The position numbers and the translations under genes were made by a program. DNA of 63,663 nt, counting the filler, from Phoronis australis (taxonomy: Eukaryota > Animalia > Phoronida): NCBI GenBank assembly GCA_002633005.1. It is 8 parts of 8 records of this genome, joined end to end, with 100 filler letters (N's around TTAATTAATTAA, not from the genome) between each part and the next. Parts side by side here need not be neighbours in the genome. Positions count along the whole stretch, not along the records: positions 48,024 to 56,593 come from NMRA01000596.1; positions 56,694 to 59,256 come from NMRA01003605.1; positions 59,357 to 62,439 come from NMRA01003238.1; positions 62,540 to 63,663 come from NMRA01002180.1; 4 more parts are not named here. One strand, 5' to 3'. The notes under the pieces are model-generated. The model was given only the letters and a program-made list of their open reading frames with translations. It did no database searches and was not told the DNA's origin. The stretch's first letter is position 1, and every line of letters begins with the position of its first letter. Shown here piece after piece: positions 53,673 to 63,663 of this stretch.

Positions 53673-53944
53673 TTACATGTGTAGCATCTCATACAGAGGC
53701 AATAAAAAGATTCTCATCAGTTCGTGAAAGATTAACGTATTTTTCAATTTTCACGCCACAAAACACCATCAGCATTTTAACAAAAAGGAACATCTAAAAT
53801 ATGACAGTGCAATCAATTTTATGTACGAACTACCAATGACATAGTTTTGTGCAACAAAAAGTAAGTTAACACATGACATTCATACTTATGCTTGTCGAAA
53901 GCACTACGAGCTAACACTATCAGCATGTTGTAACAGATATTGGC

Positions 53945-54080
53945 AAACATATGTTGTGATGGCTCAGATACAAACATATGTTGTGATGGCTCAGATACAA
54001 ACATATGTTGTGATGGCTCAGATACAAACATATGTTGTGATGGCTCAGATACAAACATATGTTGGTGATGGCTTAGATAC
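53945..54080. repeat. 27-bp minisatellite x~5
   Basis: AAACATATGTTGTGATGGCTCAGATAC. Confidence 0.95.
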
Positions 54081-54291
54081 AGACAGTGGAAAATATTCTG
54101 AGGAACTTAAGAGCATGTCTTTGCTCAGCGAAGGAGTAATTTCAATTGATCAATAAAATAGCCTGATCAGTTCGCATTGTAGTTGACATGCTCACGCACA
54201 CTAACTAAATGATGACTTAATAAAGTTATGGCTGCTTCAATGTACAACAAAATAATGGAAAAACAAACTACAGAATTTCTAGGCAACTTAC

Positions 54292-54300
54292 CTTTTGCTT
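54292..54300 (-). CDS. HGS: Candidate 9-nt microexon (KQK) of HGS/Hrs
   Basis: Minus strand: long pyrimidine tract...TTTGATCAG|AAGCAAAAG|GTAAGT; frame-preserving, phase 0/0 if in frame with the next exon. Confidence 0.45.
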
Positions 54301-54931
54301 CTGATCAAAGTAAGCAGAGAACAGTATAAGAATTAAAGAGAACAAAGCACTTGGTACAGAATTCACTTACTGGTAAATATGAAAGGACTGTTCACAATTA
54401 TCCTCATTTCTGCAATTGTACAAAATGTACATTTTAGTGAAACCCCTTTCTCCCACAAACTGTACAAAAAGGTAGTGAAAAGATGAGTTATCTGTGGTGT
54501 ATTTTTTGTTTCATCTTAAATGTTGAAGCTGTTGTTTCGTCATATTTTAACAATGTGAAAAAAGTATTGCACTTGATCGTTTTGCATCACCACGTTTATA
54601 ATGCCAAAAAGATACACTAACTGCAAGCCGTAACCTTTCCCCTCCCTGAAACGTACATTTTGTACATTTGTGCAAATGGACATAACTGTGAACAGTCTCA
54701 AAAACATGCTAGAGATAAAAACGCGTAATATTTTCCATTATAGCTAATAGAAACTCACCATCTATCCAAGAATGATTCAAACTAATATATATATATATGT
54801 ATATGTATATGTATATATATATCATTGTAAAACTGGTCTCAAATTGCTCCTCACTCAAATTATAAGGCTTCTAGGTTCGGAAAGAACATTTCATAGTTGC
54901 CCAAGAGCATGCTTAGTGAATGAATGCCAAA

Positions 54932-55041
54932 ACAAGCCACCAATTGAGCCACTAGGTCAAGCCAACGATTGACTCGCTAGGTCAAGCCAACCATTGACCC
55001 GCTAGGTCAAGCCAACAACTAAGCCGCTAGGTCAAGCCCAA
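54932..55041. repeat. 24-bp minisatellite x~4
   Basis: CGCTAGGTCAAGCCAAC core. Confidence 0.88.
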
Positions 55042-56007
55042 NCCGACATCTGGGGATAATAGTTTGCCATATTAGCACAATGTTTATAAGTCAAATGTAG
55101 GCACCGACATCTGGGGATAATAGTTTGCCATATTAGCACAGTGTTGATAAGTCAAATGCGGATAATTGATATTGAAAACACTATACAAATGTTAATTGAT
55201 ATTGAAAACACTATACAAATGTTAACTGATATTGAAAACACTATACAAATGTTAACTGATATTGAAAACACTATACAAATGTTAATTGATATTGAAAATA
55301 CTATACAAATGTTAATTGATATTGAAAATACTATACAAATGTTAATTGATATTGAAAATACTATACAAATGTTAATCGATATTGAAAATACTATACAAAT
55401 GTTAATTGATATTGAAAATACTATACAAAATGCTTTTCATAAGGTAAAACATTCTGAAATTTTGCCCATGATTATCCTGTCGAGTCATGAGTGTCATTGA
55501 TTAAAGACATCTTAGGTTGTTTACCAAAAAGTAGGAAAAAGTAACACAAATGTAAGAGCACATAAAATCAAGTCCATTGACCTAAATAAAAACTCATTAT
55601 TATACACTTCATTGAACAACGCAATTCAATTGTATGCATAACCTGCACAAGCACATGGGAAAGGTCTAAAAATGCAGTTCATGTGAATTTCAGCTGTTTC
55701 TTTTGTAGCAGCTAAAATATCCAGAGAAATGGTTACTGTTTGTAGCAGCTTGCAAGACCACTTCCAGGAAATCTTACTGGGTTCCATAATAGCTCACAAA
55801 AATGAACTGGACTATAGCAGGCTGAAAAGTCACGAGACTGCCTTTTCTGTCTGTCAGCATGATAAAGGGTATAAACAGTTTTGCCTGTATTTGTGGCAAA
55901 ACCGTTTTCAAAACAACAGGTCAACGAGTAGTATCATGGAGACGACAGGCAAATACAAGTAGCTATCCAATGACATCAATTAAACTTTAATTGACAGATA
56001 GACATAC

Positions 56008-56103
56008 TGATGGTACAGAGTCCTGCTGAAGCTGCTGTGGGGAGGAGCTTCTGTTGCTAGATGATGATGACAAGTTGCTGTAGTTGTTTCTCAATCGCTG
56101 TCT
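56008..56103 (-). CDS. HGS: HGS/Hrs exon, duplicate of 53317-53412 (probably allelic)
   Basis: Identical sequence, offset 2691 bp. Confidence 0.65.
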
Positions 56104-56693
56104 CTGTAAACAATGAATAGACAACAGCATTTATTCACCAAAATGTTATATGCAGGAAGGGGACCAGCAACGATACAAGATACATAGTTTTTAACTTCTT
56201 ACTAACTACAGCAAAACAAAGAGAGACATTGTTAAACAATTAATGCTGATTTAAGGGCACATGAACACAGAGAGAAGCTGATTACTGTTAGGGCACATGA
56301 ACACAGAGAGAAGCTGATTACTGTAAGGGCACATGAACACAGAGAGTAGCTGATTACTGTAAGTTACATGTGTAGCATCTCATACAGAGGCAATAAAAAG
56401 ATTCTCATCAGTTCGTGAAAGATTAACGTATTTTTCAATTTTCACGCCACAAAACACCATCAGCATTTTAACAAAAAGGAACATCTAAAATATGACAGTG
56501 CAATCAATTTTATGTACGAACTACCAATGACATAGTTTTGTGCAACAAAAAGTAAGTTAACACATGACATTCATACTTATGCTTGTCGAAAGCNNNNNNN
56601 NNNNNNNNNNNNNNNNNNNNNNNNNNNNNNNNNNNNNTTAATTAATTAANNNNNNNNNNNNNNNNNNNNNNNNNNNNNNNNNNNNNNNNNNNN

Positions 56694-57290
56694 TGTATAG
56701 TGATTTCAGTGATTCGATCATTTCGCTTACTCTCCTTGCAATCCTGCACGCAGATGCCACACTAATGCCGCTGAGATCACCCACGACGCGTTCATAGCTA
56801 CCCCTTGCATAGAATTGCAAATAGGTAAGCACTTATAACTGTAGCATAATAGGCCTGCCCTGATTTCTCAGGGTGAAAGGTGCTAGTCGATTTCTGTCCA
56901 ATCTTATGACGTCTGTCATCATGTGTTGTCATTCGGAACCGGTTTTTGAATTCTAGTTTTTTGTGTCGCTAAAATATTGAAAAAAGTTAATTCTCGCCCT
57001 AAAATTGGGTCGCGACGTCTTTCAGCTGCACCGTTGAGCACATGTCTATGGCGCAATTCTGAGTCAGCCATCTTTAACAGTGATAGACCTTGGTCCGACC
57101 AGGTCAAAAGTTAAACCTGGTTTAAGGTCTTACTACAGGTCTAGACCAAGTTTAAATTGTAGTTAAACCAGATTTTACTAGACCACTGGTCTAAAAGTTA
57201 AACTACCTTTATGAAATGCAGATTATCCTTAATCCTGGTCTAAGTCCACTTTAAACCAAGCTTAACTTTAAACCACCTTCATGAAACCGG
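56694..57290 (-). mobile_element. PIF/Harbinger 5' end with decayed transposase
   Basis: LQFYARGSYERVVGDLSGISVASACRIARRV is HARBI1-like; terminus CCGGTTTCATGAAG with TAAACCAG/CTGGTCTAA subterminal repeats. Confidence 0.8.
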
Positions 57291-57294
57291 CTGT

Positions 57295-57830
57295 TATTGT
57301 TCAGATCGGGATTTGGCATCCTATGGGAAATGCAGTCTGTTTGTAACGAGTCTGTATTTTTGAGTGAGTTTAAACAACGGATTTAGATATAGACGTTCAG
57401 CAGTGGATGCAGGAATTGGTTACGTTTTAGTAAAATAGGTAATTACGAATTATATAAACAACACTTTATGATGGAAACCTACGTCACAAGTGTAAAAAGC
57501 AGAAAGTATTTGAAGGTTGTGGCAAAATGTGGATGTTCAAACCACAAGCTACAAGTAGAAAGCGGAAGACACGTGAAAACGCCTAGAGTGAGTGAACTAT
57601 GTACTGTTTGTGATCTCCATGTTGTAGAAGATGGATATCATTTTTGATATAATGTCCGCTTTACGACGACCTAAGAACAACTTTCAAAATATTTAATAAT
57701 TTGAAGTGTGAATTTACTCAGAAATGTAATATTGTAATATTTTAAATTTAGCTCAGTATTTGTTGGCTGGTGGTAGAAGAAGAGACCATGTAAATACGAT
57801 TTACTTTGTATTATTAAACTATGTATTTAA
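57295..57830 (+). mobile_element. Non-LTR retrotransposon 3' fragment (clade not assigned)
   Basis: Broken frames GFGILWEMQSV...FKQR...QQW and LCTVCDLHVVEDGYHF..CPLYDDLR (CCHC knuckle). Confidence 0.65.
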
Positions 57831-59356
57831 GTCGGAGGCCTTTGTACTAGAATGATTTATCAAAAAAGTTCCCTTTTTGATAACGCTCATTCAATTCCTA
57901 ATAGCATTTTCGAGAATCATAGCGCACAGAACATACAGCAGCGTTTCATTTGAATCCGACCAGGCGTTTCTGAAATATAACGTTCCCAAGTTATCCCAAT
58001 TTTGATATCTTTCGAGGGTCTTGCATAATTTTATCGTAATGCTTTTATGCTGACTGTGAACACCGCAGCAGGTTTGCTTGCGTTTCGCCTTTAAAATTGC
58101 AATTTCTGGTCCCGAGTTTAGCGAAAAAGATGACTAACTTTCAAATTAGACGCAGTCTCTTGTATGTTATACGTTCTTACTGAGTTTAACAACGTTTCTT
58201 AAATCATGCAATTTCAACTATGATATTTGATAATTTCACCAATATAAACAAAATAAAAGAATTAACTGGTCACTTGATTCGAAGCCAACTGAAGTAGCCA
58301 ATCATAGCCGGCTCAAGCAAGCAGTATGAATAAGATGATCTATTCCCAAAAGGAAGCAAACCATCAAAATGATTTCAAATGGATTTTCAGTTACAGTGTA
58401 CATTGATGATAAATCGCAGAACACGAAACCAATCACATTATGATGTAATCTACATGTACCATGGAGCGGATGCTCGAAGAAAAAGATTTCTACAAATTTA
58501 AAGAATGGAATTGAAAAAGGGAACCCATTTGGATTGAAGAAGCCTTAGAGTTTAGAAATAGTGCCCCTTCCGTAAAAAGTAAACCGCGTGAGCTGTGGAC
58601 CTTTTTTCACCCTTTCAGATGGAAGTTTGTCGGAAATGGCACCCTGTTGGAGAGACAAAAAATCACCCTTCTAATCAACACAACTTGTAAACTTTTTCTT
58701 GGGAGTAACCTTTCGTAAAGGGTTTGTTTTTATAGTCCAAAATAAAGCTACATGACGCTAACGTAGGCAATTGCTTAACTCAGTCGCATAGACCAAACAC
58801 CACACAATGACACCAGCAACCACAGTATTTAAACTGGTTTGTTGTGCCTGAAACTTGCGACCATTCTTGACGTTTCAGGCAATGTATTGTACCCCTTCCT
58901 CATAACTGAGTTGGGAGAGAATTCAAGTCCCAATGACCTTTCCTGAAAGTAGAAAAGTCATGCAAAGGAATAATGCAACCCTTTCATTATTCAGGGAGAG
59001 CGGGCAGCATACGAATTTAAAAAATGAAGAAAATTGCTTTTTGGGTACGAACACTGAAGTCTCGTGGCTCAAAATAAAACAATTCTTACTGTTGTCATGT
59101 CCTTTCAAAAGGTCTTACCAACTGGGTTTGTATTTCCTATTATGAAAGGAATAACAAAACTTGAGTATTTTTTGTTTCTGGACCCCTGGTAATCCAACTG
59201 ATTTAAAAAGCACTGTCTTAATCACGAACTGCTGTACTGTTACAGTGTTAGCCAGTNNNNNNNNNNNNNNNNNNNNNNNNNNNNNNNNNNNNNNNNNNNN
59301 TTAATTAATTAANNNNNNNNNNNNNNNNNNNNNNNNNNNNNNNNNNNNNNNNNNNN

Positions 59357-60345
59357 TATTTACTCTCCCCTGTGGTATAATTCAAAGATTAAAGTTGGTA
59401 GAAAATCTATTTTCTACAAGACTTGGTATATGTAAAGGGAGTCTATCGTGTGTGTGATTTGTTTAATGCTGAAGGTTCTTTTATGTCATACAAACAACTC
59501 TATAATAGCTATAACTTTCAACCTCCAATACTAGAATTATATGTATTAAGAAGTGCAACCTTTGCAGCGTACAGTGGTCTTAAGAATAAACAAGACAATA
59601 TCTTTTTACCAAAATTTCCAAGTTATATTTATAAAACTTTACATAATAAATCACAAGCTGTAAATATTTATGACACTTTAGTACAGTCACTTCAGACCGC
59701 TTGTAAATATAAAAACAAGTGGTCATCTGAAATAGATATAAACGGTGTTATAAATAATGTAAATTTTAGTGACCATGATACATGGTGGAGAAAAGTAAAT
59801 AACCCCCCCCTTCAATTGTACAAAAGATACAAAATCGCGTTTCAATAACGCTTAATTCACAGAATATTACCAACTAATAATTATTTACATAAAATTAAAA
59901 TAAAAACAAGTGATCTATGCTCTTTCTGTAGTGAACACAGTGAAACCTTTCTCCATTTCTTTTGGGAATGTCGTCTTGTCTCCGGTTTCTGGCTCCTGTT
60001 TGCTGAGTGCATAAAACGATCATATCATGTAAATTTTGATCTCGACAAGATAGCAGAGTTTCTTTGGTTTTTTGGGAAACTTTCAGTCGGAAAATTGTAA
60101 CATTAATCTGTTGACCATGCTAGCAAAAAATTACATACTTGGCCAAAACTTTGTTAAAAAAACTTAATTTCCAAGTGTTAATTAATTTTATTAAATTGCA
60201 TCCTAATGAAAATAAGGTACTTGTTGACCAATGATTTGATGTTATTCTTTGTAGACGTTCTATACTGTATTGTTTTATGTCACATGTAATTATCATGCTA
60301 GACCAAAATAAAAATATAAAAAGAACAAAAAAATGATAATAAAAA
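59357..60345 (+). mobile_element. L1/Tx1-like LINE ORF2 3' end with A-rich tail
   Basis: PLWYNSKIK...W..KG....DL; RLIHRILPTNNYLHKIKIKTSDLCSFC...ETFLHFFWEC (zf-RVT-like); frameshifts; A-rich tail at 60305-60345. Confidence 0.85.
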
Positions 60346-60753
60346 GATTAATGATTATCTGGATGGGACCACAGAAACACACGAGTTCACGGAGGTCAGT
60401 CACGTTTATCAGTTAAGTAATTTGGCAGCTATTTCCGGCGTTCTTTCCAGTTTTGCCACAGTCATTTTAACCGTTCATTTTGAAATCGTGGTTCATTTCG
60501 TGTCCTATATTTTCCCGCAGAAGATAGACTCATCTTGAAACAGTAGGCTAGATCAATGCTCATTGGGGAAAAATGCTGTGATTTTACTGATTTGTTAAGC
60601 TCCACACTTACTTACATAACACTTACAGTACATTTCACTATTATCTTATCGAAATTACGTCTAGAGGGCGTCTCACGGCCGATCTGCACAATCTGCTTTG
60701 CTGGGCCAGGGCCCTAGTCGTCCTCCACATGTCGCCTCGCTCAGTGCCACCAG

Positions 60754-61050
60754 GGCCCGGTCTCTAATCTTTGTACTCGAAACGAACTCGAAACTATTTT
60801 TGGCAATTTCTCTGCTCCTTTTGTGCGAACTTAAGATAATTGGTTATCAGACTGTGCTCGAATACATTATAGTTTATGCATAGGAGTTTCTAGTTCAAGT
60901 TTGCCCTTGAAGACCCTTATATTCGTGCTACAAACTCGAGTAAAAACTCGAAATTTCGAGTTCAAACTCGAACTTANCCCAAAAGTAGAGTTGAAAATGC
61001 CAAACCTAATTTCGAGTTCCATTTCGAGTAAAAAGATTGGAGACCGGGCC
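60754..61050. mobile_element. Harbinger-type MITE
   Basis: ~40-bp TIRs GGCCCGGTCTC.AATCTTT.TACTCGAAA; CAG TSD at 60751-60753 and 61051-61053. Confidence 0.88.
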
Positions 61051-62042
61051 CAGATGTAGGTAAAGTAATCATGCACTGAGTTCTATTGAATAAAAGTTAC
61101 CTTCCAGATATCAACAACGCATTATCACCTGCCACGTTAGTTGAACAATGTACCTGACGTCATGAGACTTATCTAGTGAATAAGTTAAAATTTTTATGCA
61201 ACCCAGCTTGATGAAAAGCAGCGTAAGACCAGCAAAGGTTGTCAAGCGGATTTTTAAAAAGAAACCCTGACCCAGCATTGTTTTGTTAAAGCAACGCTGA
61301 AATACAATAGGTATGTACTTATTCGTATTTCATGAAGTAACAAACAAATGGAACAAAAATCAGATTGCTATAAAGACTGATCAGCTTAAAACCAGGGAAA
61401 ACTGGAAAAAGAAAACTAAAATTTGAGGTGTAAAAACGTATAAATTTATGCGAATGAGCTTAAAACCTAACTACAACGGAATTTCGTTATTTTAGATATA
61501 TTGGGATAACCAGGTAGTCCTAGCAAAGAATGACAAAAAATAAGAAAACGAGAGTTCAATCACGCAAATGTAAGCCCGTCAATTAATAGGTGAAGCTGCC
61601 TTTTCGTGCCATGTTGCGTTATCACCGGCGAGATCCAAGCACAAAGAACAAAAGGCCAATAACAGCTGTATTAAATAGGAGTCTGAATAGAACACCCTTG
61701 CGTGTGAATGTTATTCGCAGGTGTTTGAATTAAAAGGTGATTCTCGCGGTGACGTAAAGAAAAGCAAGCCAATACGTCAAGCAATTCGTTACATTTGGCA
61801 ATTCATGGCACTATTGGGATCAGGGCTCTTAACATAATGTAGGAACCAAATTTACAGGTGTTACCGTTCAAGATAGGTTTTAAACATTCTTCTCCCAACC
61901 TTAGCCTTCAGATTACAATATGTCACATGACTAGCAATATAACATCAAGGTCGAGTGGAAGTTGGAATCAAGCACAGATAAGCCCTCACGTAGTAGTAAG
62001 TTGCTTGCGATATGAACGGCCTTGTTTACCTGGTGAAGATCC

Positions 62043-62094
62043 ATGGATGAACTGCTTTCTCTCACTCTTCTTGCAGGACTTACTGCACTTCAAG
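62043..62094 (+). CDS. Candidate signal-peptide exon of a MAM-domain protein
   Basis: MDELLSLTLLAGLTALQ then a GT donor in phase 1, matching the next exon. Confidence 0.4.
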
Positions 62095-62349
62095 GTTTGT
62101 CAAGCATCACACAAAAGCTATGCAAGAGTACGAACACTTATATTTTAAAGTGTAAGAAAGCTTACGCAATGCAATGTATTAGGAGATTTTAGTATATCAG
62201 CCACCGTTAAGTCCAAATGCAAATCAATATTAAAGTAGAAACACGTTGGACCTATACATGCAGGCCTACATTATTGTCTTAAAGGGATTTTTATCTAACC
62301 AGGTTATTCATCTAGATATAAAGATTGTGAAAATTCTTGTTCTTTTTAG

Positions 62350-62439
62350 CGAGCTCTTCTGCATATCAGCCGGGAGACTTGAAATGTGATTTTGAATCAT
62401 CCTGTGAGTGGATTGAGTGGGACAGGTTCTGGATTGTCA
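62350..62439 (+). CDS. Candidate MAM-domain exon, cut by a gap
   Basis: TTTTTAG acceptor, phase 1; GDLKCDFESSCEW fits the MAM N-terminal CxFE..C.W motif. Confidence 0.5.
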
Positions 62440-63663
62440 NNNNNNNNNNNNNNNNNNNNNNNNNNNNNNNNNNNNNNNNNNNNTTAATTAATTAANNNNN
62501 NNNNNNNNNNNNNNNNNNNNNNNNNNNNNNNNNNNNNNNTATTGTTCAATACAATGGCACTGATGGGACCATATTACTTGTTTTACAAAAAAGTCACCAA
62601 AACTGTTGTTTTTACAAATATAAGTTTACTAAGCTCTTTGGTGATTATTATGTAACTTCAAACTCAAATTTCTCAAAAATGTGCAACTTTATATGTGGGA
62701 ACTTTTTAGATTTTGAAAACACTCTAATAAATGAATTAAAAATCACCAAAATAATATTGCCCCCCTAAAGCACTCACAAAAAACATTTTCTAGAGGCCCT
62801 ACAAAATCTGGCCCACCGACTAGAAGTGATTTCTGGAATTGTAGCGAATTGACAGCTTGTATTCCTTGAGACCATGCTGTGTGTATAAAATCGCACACTA
62901 TTAGGCTGGTCTCTAGCTATTGCATATTGTCAGATCTTTCAAAGTTCTGAAATTGCTCAAAAGTGACCTGGAAGTAATACCTATTTCGTGATGGTAAAAT
63001 GTCTAAATCAAACGTTGTTTTATGTGATTTTAGGTGAGTTTATGTCCACTTCAAATGATTTTTGTTGCAGTACTGAAAAGTATTGGCACATTAGCTCTGG
63101 TGGCTCCTTGTTTTTTGGCGAATTGACCCATGTGTAATTTTGTTACTGGTCTAGTATGTATGTACAGCTGTAATCGTATGGCAATTGTAATGCAAACCAT
63201 GTTGCAAAAGTATTTTTTCATGACCATTTCATTGTAAAATGCTGCCTAATCGGAACCGACATGCCAATTTTTCATTTTGTGTTGGTTAGTTTTGATAAGA
63301 ACATTGATGTGGTAAATACAGCTACCTCAAGTTTGTGAAAAAGATTTCCAGTGTTGTCAGCGATATTGCGAAATCACTTTTTCGCAGTGAGACTACATCA
63401 CCTTAAATGTAATTCTCTGACTTTATGAGCTTTGTGTGGTTGACTCTGTCCTGTAGCAATTAGAGTGTTGAAAAGATCTAGAAGGCAATTTTTATTAGAG
63501 TCATAACATTTGCACGTTTGACTGTACAGTTATCTTTGCATTGTATTACGAAAACATATTTTGTAGTACACCAGTCTCTGGTTGGTGTTTTATATTTTTT
63601 TCACAAGGAATATTTTCAACTTAGATGAGTTGTCTGTGAGGTAGGCAATTTTCAAATAAGATA

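Noticed and set aside
55141-55500. ORF with IDIENTIQML repeats (and similar ORFs at 8772, 27564, 53819)
   Set aside because: Translations of minisatellites or microsatellites

Overview
Animal (invertebrate-like, AT-rich) draft-assembly sequence with spliceosomal introns; no prokaryotic features, RNA genes or CRISPR arrays were found. Genes: (1) the 3' part of an NRF-6-like/acyltransferase-3 membrane protein gene on + (8 exons visible, 58-10887, with one or more internal exons missing); (2) three internal exons of HGS/Hrs on - (51223-53412), two of them present twice because two alleles appear to be stacked in the scaffold, plus a candidate 9-nt microexon; (3) a 43-aa TPR array; (4) the probable start of a secreted MAM-domain protein. 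The rest is mostly transposon-derived: two TTAA-flanked Kolobok-type elements with decayed THAP and KolX-like remnants, Harbinger, Tc1/mariner and pogo-like pieces, Helentron/HINE-like elements, foldback MITEs, two LINE 3' ends and many minisatellites. Seven artificial 100-bp N-TTAATTAATTAA-N linkers and several single-N joins limit long-range conclusions. I do not see convincing evidence of a wholly new biological system. The best leads are splicing-related: an allele-variable repeat that multiplies an Hrs splice acceptor, a candidate microexon, inverted intronic transposon copies and a perfect 79-bp palindrome. All calls were made by eye, without database searches.
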